From positions 32,001-96,000 of the forward strand of contig JAVCBU010000011.1 in assembly GCA_037917685.1 (NCBI GenBank): 64,000 bases of DNA, given 5' to 3'. The position numbers were made by a program, and so were the translations under genes. Positions within the stretch are counted from its first letter, which is position 1, and each line of letters begins with the position of its first letter. Source of the stretch: Thermoproteota archaeon (GTDB taxonomy: Archaea; Korarchaeota; Korarchaeia; Korarchaeales; JAOZGB01). This document shows, in pieces, positions 48,796 to 59,417 of the stretch. The notes beneath the pieces are model-generated. The model worked only from the letters and a program-made list of their open reading frames with translations, was not told where the DNA came from and did not search any database.

Positions 48796-49704
48796 ATGGC
48801 TAAGGTTGAGCATGTAGACGTGTGGCCAGGGATCTCTGTTAAAGAGTTGGTGGAACAGTTTTCCAGGGGAGGCTTTCAGGCGTACAGGCTTTGGAAGGCT
48901 TGCCAGATTTTCAGGGAAATGGTGGAGGACAAGGAATGTACAAGGTTTCTCGGTCTTGCAGGGGCGCTGATCCCTGGTGGGATGCGTAGGGTTATTGTCA
49001 AAATGATTAGGAAACACATGGTTGATGTTATTGTGTCGACGGGTGGGATACTAACCCACGACCTGATAGAAGCAGCAGGAGTACAGCACGTACACGCGCC
49101 GGAGAGATACAACGATGTAGAGCTAAGGAGTAAAATGCTTAACAGAATCTACAATGTTCTACTCCCTAACGAGGGATACGTTAAGCTTGAAAAGATGCTT
49201 GCAACAATCCTGGAAAAGCTTCCTCAGAAAACCATGAGCAGCAGGGAGTTCCTTGAACACCTTGGCCATCGCTTGGAGGATAGGGAGTCTATCTTAAGGG
49301 CTGCCTATGAGGAGAATGTAAAGATATTCTGTCCTGCTATAGCGGATTCCGTTCTCGGCTTCCATGTATGGATGAACACCCAGTTTTTAAAGCTCAGGGT
49401 GAACCCAATATTGGATCAGAGGGAAATGACAGGGATCGCCTATGAATCAAAGAAGTGCGGGGCGCTATTCGTCGGTGGTGGGACCCCTAAGCATTACATA
49501 GCACTTGCAATGCAGTTTTCACCCAGAAGCCTCGAATACGCGATTCAAATAACGATGGATAGGCCTGAACATGGCGGAGTATCTGGAGCTACCCTCTCGG
49601 AGGCTAAGTCATGGGGGAAAGTTGCGGAGAAAGCCAAAACAGCAGAGGTGATATGTGACGCCACCATAGCATTACCGATCATGGTAGCCTCAACCCTATC
49701 GTAA
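48796..49704 (+). CDS. dys: Deoxyhypusine synthase
   Basis: GGFQA, THDLIEA, CPAIADS, GGGTPKH, GGVSGA..EAKSWGK, DATIALP. Confidence 0.94.
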   Translation: MAKVEHVDVWPGISVKELVEQFSRGGFQAYRLWKACQIFREMVEDKECTRFLGLAGALIPGGMRRVIVKMIRKHMVDVIVSTGGILTHDLIEAAGVQHVHAPERYNDVELRSKMLNRIYNVLLPNEGYVKLEKMLATILEKLPQKTMSSREFLEHLGHRLEDRESILRAAYEENVKIFCPAIADSVLGFHVWMNTQFLKLRVNPILDQREMTGIAYESKKCGALFVGGGTPKHYIALAMQFSPRSLEYAIQITMDRPEHGGVSGATLSEAKSWGKVAEKAKTAEVICDATIALPIMVASTLS

Positions 49705-49823
49705 ATCGGTATATGAGCATGGATACGTCGCCTCAGCTGTAACTATTCTTTTCGTATTTCTATCTACCGGTCACTATGAACTTTCAACATCAAAAATTTA
49801 ACTTTGGATGGTGTAAAAGTGGT

Positions 49824-50489
49824 ATGGTTGAGAAAATAAATGTAAACATCACTGTCGAAGAAGTGAATAAAAAGCTTCTAGAACAAAACGATAGGGTTGC
49901 CGGGGCTATAAGGAGGATGCTGGAAGAGAAGGGCATCAGAGCCATCGAGTTCCTCGGGGGACCGGGATCCGGAAAGACAAGCCTCATAGAGAGACTCTCA
50001 TTGTTAATAGGCCCGGATAAAGTCGCCTATATAGGGGGAGATGTCGCAACGAGTTTTGATACTGAGAGGGTTAGTAAAATAGGCGTACGTGCGGTCCAGA
50101 TAAATACCGGTGGAATATGCCATCTTGAAGCTTTACATGTCGAAAAAGCCCTTAAAATTTTGAACCTTGAAGGAGTAAGGTATCTATTCATAGAGAATGT
50201 AGGCAACTTGATATGCCCCTTTGAGTTTAACATCGGCTCACATGTTAGGGTTCTGGTGGTCTCAGCTGGTGAAGGTGAGGATAAATTCTTAAAACACCCA
50301 ATGTCTGTAGCCCTTTCAAACGTGATAGTTGTAAACAAGGCTGACCTGGCACCCCACGTTGGCGTTGACGTTGAGAAAATGGTCAGAGACGCACTGAAAA
50401 TAAACGGGCGGGCCAAGGTTGTAGTTACAAGCGCGAAAACCGGGGAGGGAATTAAAGAACTTGCAGAAGCTTTAATGTTAGAAGCATAA
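49824..50489 (+). CDS. hypB: Hydrogenase nickel incorporation GTPase HypB
   Basis: GSGKT, QINTGGICHL, IENVGNLICP, EGEDK..KHP, NKAD, SAKTGEG. ATG 49824 preferred over 49776. Confidence 0.92.
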   Translation: MVEKINVNITVEEVNKKLLEQNDRVAGAIRRMLEEKGIRAIEFLGGPGSGKTSLIERLSLLIGPDKVAYIGGDVATSFDTERVSKIGVRAVQINTGGICHLEALHVEKALKILNLEGVRYLFIENVGNLICPFEFNIGSHVRVLVVSAGEGEDKFLKHPMSVALSNVIVVNKADLAPHVGVDVEKMVRDALKINGRAKVVVTSAKTGEGIKELAEALMLEA

Positions 50490-50694
50490 AGGGTATAGAA
50501 CTATCATTACCATGTAGGAAGGACAAGTATGGTAGGATGGGCAAGTGAGTTTAAAACTTTGAACCCGCACTAAACCAATAGATAATGACGTGTAAGCCTG
50601 AAATTGGTTAATTCAGGGGCCGCAGTCTTCTCTGAAGCCTTTATCTTGTAGGACAATATTTTAAGAAAGGCCAGAGTTAGAGTCTCAGGTTAAA

Positions 50695-51534
50695 ATGGCC
50701 GACGTTAAGACACGAACTAGTAAGCCTTTAGATCCTGAGGTGGAAGCTATAAAGGAGAAGCTTAAAGGTGTTAAGAGAAAGATAATCGTTTTAAGCGGGA
50801 AAGGAGGGGTTGGAAAATCTACTGTAACAGCTAACCTTGCAGCTGCCTTTGCTAAAAGGAAGCCTAACAGTGTGGGTGTTTTTGACTACGACTTCCATGG
50901 ACCAGCGATCCCCAGGATGCTGGGGGTAAGAGACATGCAGCTTAAAGTCTTCCCTCTAGGCATATTCCCCGTTACTGGCGTATTAGGGATCAAGGTGATC
51001 AGTATGGCTCTACTTCTGCCAGATGATAAGACCCCCGTTATATGGCGTGGCCCTTTGAAGCACAAGGCCTTGAGAGAGTTTATGGCTAATGTTATGTGGG
51101 GAAACCTTGACTGGCTGTTCTTCGATCTCCCACCAGGAACCGGAGACGAAGCGTTGAACATCGCCCAGAACGTTCCTGGAATAGACGGAGCCATAGTTGT
51201 CACAATACCTTCTGAGGTTTCAAGAGTCGCTGTTGAAAAGTCGGCGGAGTTCTGCAAGAAGCTTGACATCAAGCTGCTAGGTGTTATTGAGAACATGAGC
51301 TACCTTGTCTGCCCCAAGTGCGGGTTTAGGATTGAAGTGTTCGGACGGGGTGCGGGTGAGAAGATAGTCGCTGAGGAGAACATACCACTCCTGGGCAGGA
51401 TACCCCTGGATCCACAGCTGGCGAGAGCCATGGACATAGGGGAACCCATAGTTATGAGCCGGCCGGGGTCTGAAGTTTCAAGGGCTTTTAATGAAATCGC
51501 GGACAGAATAGAAAAAGAAATAGCAGTAAAATAA
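50695..51534 (+). CDS. mrp: Mrp/NBP35/ApbC Fe-S carrier ATPase
   Basis: SGKGGVGKST, VIWRGP, DLPPGTGD, ENMSYLVCPKC. Confidence 0.93.
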   Translation: MADVKTRTSKPLDPEVEAIKEKLKGVKRKIIVLSGKGGVGKSTVTANLAAAFAKRKPNSVGVFDYDFHGPAIPRMLGVRDMQLKVFPLGIFPVTGVLGIKVISMALLLPDDKTPVIWRGPLKHKALREFMANVMWGNLDWLFFDLPPGTGDEALNIAQNVPGIDGAIVVTIPSEVSRVAVEKSAEFCKKLDIKLLGVIENMSYLVCPKCGFRIEVFGRGAGEKIVAEENIPLLGRIPLDPQLARAMDIGEPIVMSRPGSEVSRAFNEIADRIEKEIAVK

Positions 51535-51592
51535 AATGTTATTTCAGCTTTATTCATTAACTATTTAAATATTAAAGCAATAGTTTTGAATA

Positions 51593-52264
51593 ATGGATGA
51601 ATTTAGGTATCTATTTTTCCAAAAACTTGTTAATAGCTATCCTGGAGGGATTGACTTTCTCCGGGGGACAAGCGATGGCAGGATTATTTTAAGACCGAAA
51701 AGGGGGAGAATAAGCTTTATATATGTCAGAGCCGCCGGTTTTTTAAAGGATGGAAGGGGTACAGACGGCTTTTCCCTATCCTGCCTGGTTCAGATTGGCA
51801 AGAGGAAAAGATGGGAACTGTTTGAGCTTATGCTCTCAGCCTGTAAGCTCACACATTCTGAGCAAAAATGGAAATTTGAAGAACACGAGGCTATAGGCAA
51901 GCTACTCGCTGAAGCTCTTATTAGAGGTCTGAAACCTAGAGCCTTGCATGCAGTCTTAAACATGGACTTAAACCTCATAGGGGAGATATCAAGTTATTTT
52001 ACAGCCTATAAACACTCCCTGGAGCTTCTTCCAGTCCCAGATGAGATAGCTTTCAAGCTTCCCATTGATGTAACCCCAATAGGGCTGAGCTTCGACGCTG
52101 AGAAGATATGCCGAAGCTTCGGTGAGGGGATGGTCTACTGGTCCATTCTTTTTACAAGAGTATTCCCAATGGGAAGGCCTGGAGTTAAGGAGTTTAACCG
52201 TTTCATAGATCTTGAGCTTCCCTCAACCCTTAAGGTTATTAACAGAATCGCCAGGCACCTATAA
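51593..52264 (+). CDS. Hypothetical protein
   Basis: 223-aa ORF with an AT-rich promoter-like region upstream; no motif recognised. Confidence 0.65.
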   Translation: MDEFRYLFFQKLVNSYPGGIDFLRGTSDGRIILRPKRGRISFIYVRAAGFLKDGRGTDGFSLSCLVQIGKRKRWELFELMLSACKLTHSEQKWKFEEHEAIGKLLAEALIRGLKPRALHAVLNMDLNLIGEISSYFTAYKHSLELLPVPDEIAFKLPIDVTPIGLSFDAEKICRSFGEGMVYWSILFTRVFPMGRPGVKEFNRFIDLELPSTLKVINRIARHL

Positions 52265-52303
52265 ATTTAAATTTTATCTACACATGAGTGAAATAGGATT
52301 CTC

Positions 52304-52531
52304 ATGGTTGAAGCTTATGTTCTAATATCTACCGAACCCGCTAGAACAGCCCAGATCAAATCTGAAATATTAAGGATTGAAGGGGTTAAGAGGGCGGACA
52401 TTGTAACCGGGCCTGCAGATATCGTAGTCCTACTCGAAGCCAACAACATGAGCGAACTAAGAGATATGGTTAGTGAAAGAATTAGAGGAATAGAGGGAAT
52501 ACTTAAAACTGAAACGATGGTTGTACTTTAA
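52304..52531 (+). CDS. Stand-alone Lrp/AsnC ligand-binding (RAM) domain protein
   Basis: AYVLI, VTGPADIV, IRGIEGILKTET. Confidence 0.88.
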   Translation: MVEAYVLISTEPARTAQIKSEILRIEGVKRADIVTGPADIVVLLEANNMSELRDMVSERIRGIEGILKTETMVVL

Positions 52532-52534
52532 GGT

Positions 52535-53179
52535 TTGAGGCGTACAACAGCTAGAACGTACATAGACAGGCTTGTAGCGTCTGAAAACGTAGACGCAGTA
52601 AATACAAGTAAAAAGTTGAAAGTAGAATACGAAAGATTCAAGTCAACTCTTAAAGTCGAGGACTTCGACAGGTTCTTAGACCTTATACTCCAAAACTCAA
52701 ATGTTATAATGAAGGCTCTCGGAGGCCTCCCCCAGCTGATAGGACAATTTAGAGCTTTCAGTCTTGAGGAGTATGTTTTAGAACTGCTTGTAAGGAGAGT
52801 TGGTGTAGAAAGGAAGTTCATCTTCTGGAATGATGACGTTGCCATATGGAAGGAAGGGGGCGAGACTTGTAAGATGAAGTTTGACATTGTAATTGGGCGT
52901 AAAATCAAGAACGAAATCCACCCAGTCTTAACAGTTGAGGCTAAAGTTGATGTTGATGCACCAAGGCTTAAAGCATCTATTTTCGAGGCTTTAATGGTTA
53001 AAAGACTGCATAAGGATTGCAAATGCCTCCTAGTATATGTTAGTTGGAACGCAGATAAGATATGGCATAGGATTGCAATGACAGGATTTGACGGGATATA
53101 CCAGTTCTACAGCTCTCAGGATGATGTTGAAAGATTCGTTAGGGACATCAAGTCTTATTCGACTGGAATTATGCTGTAA
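52535..53179 (+). CDS. PD-(D/E)xK nuclease-like protein
   Basis: LEEYV ... KFDIVI ... VEAK pattern of the restriction-endonuclease fold. Confidence 0.55.
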   Translation: MRRTTARTYIDRLVASENVDAVNTSKKLKVEYERFKSTLKVEDFDRFLDLILQNSNVIMKALGGLPQLIGQFRAFSLEEYVLELLVRRVGVERKFIFWNDDVAIWKEGGETCKMKFDIVIGRKIKNEIHPVLTVEAKVDVDAPRLKASIFEALMVKRLHKDCKCLLVYVSWNADKIWHRIAMTGFDGIYQFYSSQDDVERFVRDIKSYSTGIML

Positions 53180-54534
53180 TTCCCGTTTTCCAAGGGTTTG
53201 ACATAATATAGTTTGGTGTAGGGCATTTCACCATAGATGACAGTAGAAGCGTTTATCTTCGTGATCTTCCAGTAACTGCTCAGCTCCGCTGTCACACCCC
53301 TTAACGGTTTAATTGAGATGTATTGTGACACTGGAAATGCAAGCTGCCTCTCAGATATTACAAGTTCAGCGAGTCTAACAATGAACTCCCTCATCTCATT
53401 TACTCCAAGCCTCCTCGAAATCAAACCAATGCATGGAAATATAACTACAAAGTTATCCTTGGAGTTTTGCTTTACACCCTCATAGGCTTGTAGGAAGTCA
53501 TGCCACGCCTCATCCAGCGAGGAGGTGGTTAGCCTCCTATAGTAGGGCTTGTCTCCTCCAACCGGAGTTATCAGGGCAACTCTCTCATTTAGGCCTTCCA
53601 CATCCTGTAACATTTTATCTATGATCTCTGTGATAGGTCCTCTTTCGTACAGTAACACGAGGCCGTATCCTGATGATACGATCTCTTTGAACATCCTTGA
53701 AAACAGGGATATGAACTCAAGCCTTATAGTCTCATCTAGAGCTATGAGATTTATGCTGCCCCTATCCCAACCCCCACCTAGCACCTCATCGAACCCTTCT
53801 ATTCTGGAGGGGACTTTGACGCTGACTTTTAGGTCGTCGGCTGAGGAGGTTGAAACCTCCTTAATACTTAAGGGTTTTAGAACCTGGAAAATCCCTCCTG
53901 TCAGGGTAAACAGGTATTTATGATAAGCAATGTTTACCCCCCTGAGCTTTGAAATCTCCATTATTCTCACTAGCCTTCCGTACAGTTCGCTCCTTTGAAG
54001 TTTTATTACTCCGTCTACAGTGTAGTCAAGGGTTGTGGTCTCTTCTGTCTCGCTTACAAATATCAGGGGTATATTTTTCTCTCCAGCCAGCCTTACCACT
54101 CTATCCTCGACGTTCATCCTTTCGTCAGGTGACAGCTGGGTTGCAACAGCTTCCCAGCTGTCAACTATTATGAGTGGGTTTTTTATCCGTGAGGCCACGT
54201 CAAAGGCATGCTCCAGCCCCCTGGCGGCTGAGGGAAGGTCAAAAAATGATATTGTTAAGGCGATATTTTCAGGTGACTCGACCCCATAGCGTCTTACATC
54301 TCTTAATGTAACGGTTTCTATTCTCTCTGCCAGATAGGGATATTGTTTGAAGAGCTTGTCAACCCCCACCCTTGTTGAAATATAGATAGGATTAAATTCG
54401 TCCTTAAAGTATTCTACTATTCCCATGGAGAAGATAGTCTTTCCAGCCCCGGGCTGGCCCTTGACAAGAAGGGTGTTCCAGCCTTTCCTAAGAAACTGAT
54501 CTAGCTCAGGTGGAATAGATGGCTTAATCATCAT
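53155..54534 (-). CDS. GvpD/KaiC-like RecA-fold ATPase, second paralog
   Basis: IPPEL..FL, LLVKGQPGAGKT, VDSW, VSE..LDYTVDGVI, KLRG, FTLTGG.F. Confidence 0.82.
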   Translation of the reverse strand: MMIKPSIPPELDQFLRKGWNTLLVKGQPGAGKTIFSMGIVEYFKDEFNPIYISTRVGVDKLFKQYPYLAERIETVTLRDVRRYGVESPENIALTISFFDLPSAARGLEHAFDVASRIKNPLIIVDSWEAVATQLSPDERMNVEDRVVRLAGEKNIPLIFVSETEETTTLDYTVDGVIKLQRSELYGRLVRIMEISKLRGVNIAYHKYLFTLTGGIFQVLKPLSIKEVSTSSADDLKVSVKVPSRIEGFDEVLGGGWDRGSINLIALDETIRLEFISLFSRMFKEIVSSGYGLVLLYERGPITEIIDKMLQDVEGLNERVALITPVGGDKPYYRRLTTSSLDEAWHDFLQAYEGVKQNSKDNFVVIFPCIGLISRRLGVNEMREFIVRLAELVISERQLAFPVSQYISIKPLRGVTAELSSYWKITKINASTVIYGEMPYTKLYYVKPLENGNYSIIPVE

Positions 54535-54563
54535 GTAGTAGTGTATAAACCACGTTAAAAAAT

Positions 54564-55376
54564 TTACCCATTATCGAGGCCTATGAAAATTCCTGTGAGG
54601 ATGTCTACACCTGAGGTTCCACCAGCAGCGATAAGCTTCTCAACCCATGGAGTTGGATCTTCGCTCGACATTAGCCTTACAACTTCTTGACAGTAGTATC
54701 CACATGTAGCGCAATTGATCAGGCTTCGGCTAAGCAGCGTTGTATTATATGCATATTTTAACATGTTTTCCAAGATTATTTTCCCAAGCATTGAGCCTTT
54801 ACTGTGTAAGGCAGCGGCAACCCCCATCATCATGTCATCGCAGCTTGGTGTCGACCCTTCTCCGAGACCTACCAGCGTGCTGATAGCCTGGCCCGGGTCT
54901 CCTGTTTTAAGTGAGACTACTAGATTGTCTATTCTCCTGAGGATAAAGCGTCTGTAAGGGTTTATGTTTACCTTGGCGCCTACTTTGTATTTTACATACC
55001 ATGAGAGTCCACGGTCCGTACTTTGAAGCCTTTCAAGGATAAGTCTTTTAAGCCTTTTAAGCCTTACACCGTTAGTCTTAGGCATTTTAGATCTGTCTGG
55101 AGATACTTGGACTTCCACCTCCAGGGGTGGAGCTTTAAGCAGAGAGTTTCCAACAAGGAGATAACTGGACTTAACCTTCCTCATATCATAACTCGCTGGA
55201 ATATCGCATATTATTGTTATAGGGAGGTGTAGGGTTCCCATGGCTCCTACTCCAACCAGGCGGTCTCCGCTTAGCACGTTTATGGTTCTCCTGAATTTTG
55301 AGTGAATCTTGTATACTCCTGGCTTTAGGCCTGTGCACTGTCCTCTCCATACTGCCTTATAACGGTATATTTCCAT
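54564..55376 (-). CDS. DUF2877 family protein (YlbF/AllH-like)
   Basis: IHSKF..TIN, LVGLGEGSTPSCDD..G, TTLLS, GGTSG.D..G. Confidence 0.8.
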   Translation of the reverse strand: MEIYRYKAVWRGQCTGLKPGVYKIHSKFRRTINVLSGDRLVGVGAMGTLHLPITIICDIPASYDMRKVKSSYLLVGNSLLKAPPLEVEVQVSPDRSKMPKTNGVRLKRLKRLILERLQSTDRGLSWYVKYKVGAKVNINPYRRFILRRIDNLVVSLKTGDPGQAISTLVGLGEGSTPSCDDMMMGVAAALHSKGSMLGKIILENMLKYAYNTTLLSRSLINCATCGYYCQEVVRLMSSEDPTPWVEKLIAAGGTSGVDILTGIFIGLDNG

Positions 55377-56894
55377 GCTTCCTGTATGGTTTTTTCTCAG
55401 GCTTCTTATTTAAAAGACTCTTGAATGCTGCTACGACTAGTCTCCTCGTCTCCCCTGGTGTTATGATATCGTCCATGTATCCTCTTGAAGCAGCAACATA
55501 AGGGCTTGCAGCTTCGGCTCGGTACTTCTCTACAAATCCTTCAAAGCCTTATCCTTGTCTTCAACCTTCTCCAGAATTTTCCTGTAAATAATTCTTGCAG
55601 CTCCCTCTGGACCCATGACTGCGATCTCAGCTGTGGGCCATGCATATACTATGTCAGCTCCTAGGTGTTTGCTCCCCATCGCGATATACGCGCCGCCGTA
55701 GGCTTTTCTTAAGATCACAGTTACAAGGGGGACTGAAGCTTCAGAGTAGGCATGTATTATTTTAGCACCATGCCTAATTATTCCGCCATATTCCTGCTCG
55801 AGGCCTGGGAGAAACCAAGGGGTGTCGACGAGAGTTAATATGGGAATGTTGAAGTTGTCGCACAGCCTTACAAATCTTGAAATCTTATCTGAAGAGTTTA
55901 TGTCGAGGCAGCCAGCCTTATGTAATGGCTGGTTAGCAACAACGCCTATGGTCGCTCCTTCTATCCTTGCAAAGCCTATGACAGAGTTTAAGGCATACCC
56001 GTGCTGAAGCTCAAGGAATGATCCAGCGTCAACGATGCCCTCGACCACCTTTTTAACATCGTAGGGCTTCCTGGGATCATCTGGAACTACATCTTCGACT
56101 GTGGCGGCTGGTCCTCTAGGCTGTGTGCTTGGAGGCCTTTCCATATTGTTCTGAGGTAGATAGGACAGAAGCCTCCTTATGAGTTTAAGGCAGGCATGGT
56201 CGCTTTTAGCCGTCAAATGCACGTTTCCACCTAGACTCATCTGGACTGATGCACCGCCAAGCTCTACATGCGAGACTTTCTCGCCTGTTACGGCTTCTAT
56301 CACAGCAGGCCCCGTGATATACATGTAGGATGTGTTTTCCACCATCAGGATTAGATCTGCGAGCGCAGGACTCTACACTGCACCCCCAGCACACGGCCCA
56401 ATGATGGCTATTATTTGGGGTATGACCCCTGAGGCCTTCACGTTAAGCTTGAATATTTCTCCGTAGCCCTTGAGACTGTCAACTCCTTCCTGGATTCTAG
56501 CTCCTCCAGAGTCGTTTAGACCTATCAATGGAGCGCCTGCCTTCAGGGCTAAACTTATAATCCTACATATCTTAGCGGCATGCGCCTCTCCTAGACTGCC
56601 TCCCATGACTGTGAAGTCCTGGGTATAGACGTATACAAGTCTACCGTCTATTGTCCCATATCCTGTTACGACACCATCCGCAGGGGTATGCACACCAGAC
56701 AAGGCTTTATGCCTGCTTTCAATAAATAATCCGATCTCAACGAAGCTTCCCGGATCTAAGAGAGCCTGTATCCTCTCCCTCGCTGTGAGCTTTCCCTTAG
56801 CGTGTTGCTTCCTTATTCTCTCAGCCCCTCCACCCTCCATAGCCTCCATTCTCCTACGTTTAAGTCTTTCTATAGGGCCTACCATATTATACAC
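55357..56894 (-). pseudogene. mmdA: Acyl-CoA carboxyltransferase (methylmalonyl-CoA decarboxylase alpha/PccB-like), disrupted
   Basis: [18 protein letters not shown]; CAGGAV*SPAL has TAG at the conserved Tyr (56373-56375); KAYGG; frameshift at about 55540 before SPYVAA..KHGNIPL*. Confidence 0.88.
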
Positions 56895-57657
56895 CTTCTA
56901 GGTCTGAAATGCTAACATCCGCCGAGTTTAAAGCCACTGTTCTATCACCTACATCCAATAATAGTTCCCCATTATCCGATATACCGACGGCAAGACCTGA
57001 AACCTCCCTGCCGCCTGGCAGGTAGGCCTTAACCCTTCTCCCTAGGGTTACAGACTTATTTTTCCAGTCATCAAGGAGTCTGTCAGATTCTCCCTTTCTA
57101 ACCATGTGGTAGGCCCTATCTATCCTACTAACAAGCTCACATATAAGGAATGGAACATCCACCTTCCCTGAAAGTAGGAGTAGGGATGTTCCACCCCTGG
57201 GTGGCTTGTTCAAAACATTTATTCCCACCCCGGCAACAACATGTTCTATCTCCTTCCCACCGTGTGCTTCACATAGTATTCCGCCAAGCTTTTTACCTTC
57301 CACGAGAAGATCGTTGGGCCATTTAAGCCCAATGTTGACCTCAACTGCGTCCTCGATGCCTCTTGCAACTGCGATCCCTAGGGTTAGTGGTAGAATGCCT
57401 AGAACCTTTTTCGGAGGTCTAAGTATTATTGAAAAGTATAGTCCTCCGGGATCCGACACCCACTTTCTACCTTTCCTTCCTCTACCATGGGTCTGCCTGC
57501 CCGCAGCCACTATTACCCCCTCTTCCCAGCCTTGTGACGCCAGCCTGTGAGCTTCGTCCATAGTAGACTTAACCACTTCTAAGTATATTGTCTTTCTGCC
57601 TATCACAGTTTTCCTTGCAAGTCTCAAGCCTTTGTACCAGTCATCGAACGTTATCAT
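56887..57657 (-). CDS. birA: Biotin--protein ligase
   Basis: [37 protein letters not shown] 57657 overlaps the upstream stop; the ORF track N-extension is spurious. Confidence 0.92.
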   Translation of the reverse strand: MITFDDWYKGLRLARKTVIGRKTIYLEVVKSTMDEAHRLASQGWEEGVIVAAGRQTHGRGRKGRKWVSDPGGLYFSIILRPPKKVLGILPLTLGIAVARGIEDAVEVNIGLKWPNDLLVEGKKLGGILCEAHGGKEIEHVVAGVGINVLNKPPRGGTSLLLLSGKVDVPFLICELVSRIDRAYHMVRKGESDRLLDDWKNKSVTLGRRVKAYLPGGREVSGLAVGISDNGELLLDVGDRTVALNSADVSISDLEGV

Positions 57658-58734
57658 GCGCTCACCAGCGCTGATATAAGGCTTAATAGGAGGCCTGTAG
57701 CGACAACAGAGCCCACCTGGCCACCTGTGTTTGTGGCCACAGCTACAGGAAGAAGCCAGTTGTCGTGGTTTTCCTCCCTCCCCAGCCCATGAGCCGTCCT
57801 GGCAGCCATCGGGAAAGCCGAAACTCCGCATGCGCCGACAAGCGGGTTGAAACGTCCACCGCTAAGGTAGTAGACAACCTTGCCAATAATTATGCCTGAG
57901 CCTATGGCTGACATGAAGGCTATAAGACCGTATGCGAATACTAGCAAGGTGTCAAGCTTCAAGAAGCTTTCAGCTTTGAGTGTATAGCCTATCCCGAGAC
58001 CTAGAAGCATAGTTATTATGTTTACAAGCTCGTTCTGTGCTGACTGTGACAATCTATCGGTTACACCTGTTTCCCTTAGGAGATTGCCAAACATTAGAGA
58101 GCCCATTAATGGAAGGCCTTCAGGAGCTACAAGACCCGTTAGCAGGGTTACAACTATGGGGAAGGAGACCTTAAGCCTCCATGGTACTTCAAACTCTTTA
58201 AAAGTCATCCTTACAAGCCTTTCTCTCCTACTTGTTAGAAGCTTTGAAAGGGGCCTCTGTATTATTGGCACCATTGACATGTAAGAGTATGCGCAGACTG
58301 TGACGGGGCCCAGTAGTTCCGGGGCAAGCCTGCTTGTCAGATATATTGCTGACGGCCCGTCCATAGCCCCAATAATACCTATGCTTGCGGCCTGCCCCAG
58401 GCTGAAGCCTGAGGCCAGGGCGAGGAGTATAGATATGAAAATACCCATCTGCCTCGCTGCTGCAAATACGAGTAGGCTTGGATTAGCGATTAATGGCTTA
58501 AAATCTATCATAGCTCAACTCCGATAAAGATTAAACAAGGGAAGAGGTCGTTTTCAATGCCAGCCCTATAGAATCTATTCCTCCGTGCGCTCCGGCCGCA
58601 GAGCCTGGAATATTGGCTAAGATAGCCCCAAACCCAATAGGTACAAGTAGGAGGGGCTCGTATTTCTTCCAGATACCTAGGATTACTAATGCGAGGCCAA
58701 ACAATATCATTGCGAGGCTACTCAACCACTGCAA
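57654..58734 (-). pseudogene. mmdB: Na+-translocating decarboxylase beta subunit, frameshifted
   Basis: YEPLLLVPIGFG..LANIP; then GIENDLFPCLIFIG in a second frame; then MIDF.PL, AASIGIIGAMDGP, AYSYMSMVP, GVSAFPMAAR in a third. Two frame breaks at about 58575 and 58515. Confidence 0.88.
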
Positions 58735-59098
58735 GAGTCTCCCCCTCTCTAACTTTAGCGCCTTCCCCTACAATCATTTTTAGAACGCCATCCCTTGGAC
58801 TGTATATCTCATTTTCCATCTTCATAGCTTCAAGTATAAGTAAAACATCCCCCTTAGCAACCTTCTCGCCCATTCTTTTCAGAACCTTTACTACGGTCCC
58901 GGACATTGGAGTCTTTATCTCACCCGGCTCTTCGACGGTGACAGGGGATATATGCCTCCTAGAAGCCGGTTTTACAGATACAGGCTTCGAAACCTCTGCT
59001 GGTTCGGCTATCGGCCTTTCTCTCTCCTCTACGGTTATTTCTTCCACCTCGACAATGAAGGTTTTACCATTTACCTTAACCTTAAATCTCCTCAGCAT
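58718..59098 (-). CDS. mmdC: Biotin carboxyl carrier protein
   Basis: FKVKVNGK..VEVEE, Pro/Ala linker, LEAMKMENEI. Confidence 0.93.
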   Translation of the reverse strand: MLRRFKVKVNGKTFIVEVEEITVEERERPIAEPAEVSKPVSVKPASRRHISPVTVEEPGEIKTPMSGTVVKVLKRMGEKVAKGDVLLILEAMKMENEIYSPRDGVLKMIVGEGAKVREGETLAVVE

Positions 59099-59388
59099 TA
59101 TCTATCACCCATCTCAATCGTCACCCACGCTGGAAGTCCTGTTCCAGCTTTAATTTTTATCTTTTCAGGCTTTATCTCTTCATACATAGTCGAAATCGCC
59201 GCTATCACCGCCGCGACTTCCTCCAGGCTTTGCCTGTCTTCCTCTACCGGAATTCCGGGTTTTTCCCGGGTAATCGTTTTACCTAGAAGTTTTAGCAGTA
59301 AGGATAATGTAGCCATGACTGCAAATGTCCCTGTTACTCCATACAACAGTATTTTAAGACCGAGGTATATCTGGATCACGCTATCCAC
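59098..59388 (-). CDS. Decarboxylase membrane anchor subunit (OadG/MmdD-like)
   Basis: One TM helix, 'VAAVIAAI', C-terminal W; first gene of the decarboxylase operon. Confidence 0.75.
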   Translation of the reverse strand: MDSVIQIYLGLKILLYGVTGTFAVMATLSLLLKLLGKTITREKPGIPVEEDRQSLEEVAAVIAAISTMYEEIKPEKIKIKAGTGLPAWVTIEMGDR

Positions 59389-59417
59389 CAGGTTAGCTGT
59401 TAGTTTTAAACTATTCT

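Noticed and set aside
49824-51534. hypB-mrp as evidence of a hydrogenase cluster here
   Set aside because: No hydrogenase structural genes or other hyp genes in the window; scattered maturation genes are common in archaea.
56373-56375. In-frame TAG in mmdA as pyrrolysine or stop-codon recoding
   Set aside because: It replaces a conserved Tyr (one base from TAC/TAT), the same gene also has a frameshift, the partner beta gene is broken, and intact genes in the window end in TAG. Pseudogenisation is simpler.
57658-57831. N-terminal extension of BirA in the ORF track
   Set aside because: It lies inside the beta-subunit gene in another frame; ATG 57657 gives normal stop/start coupling.
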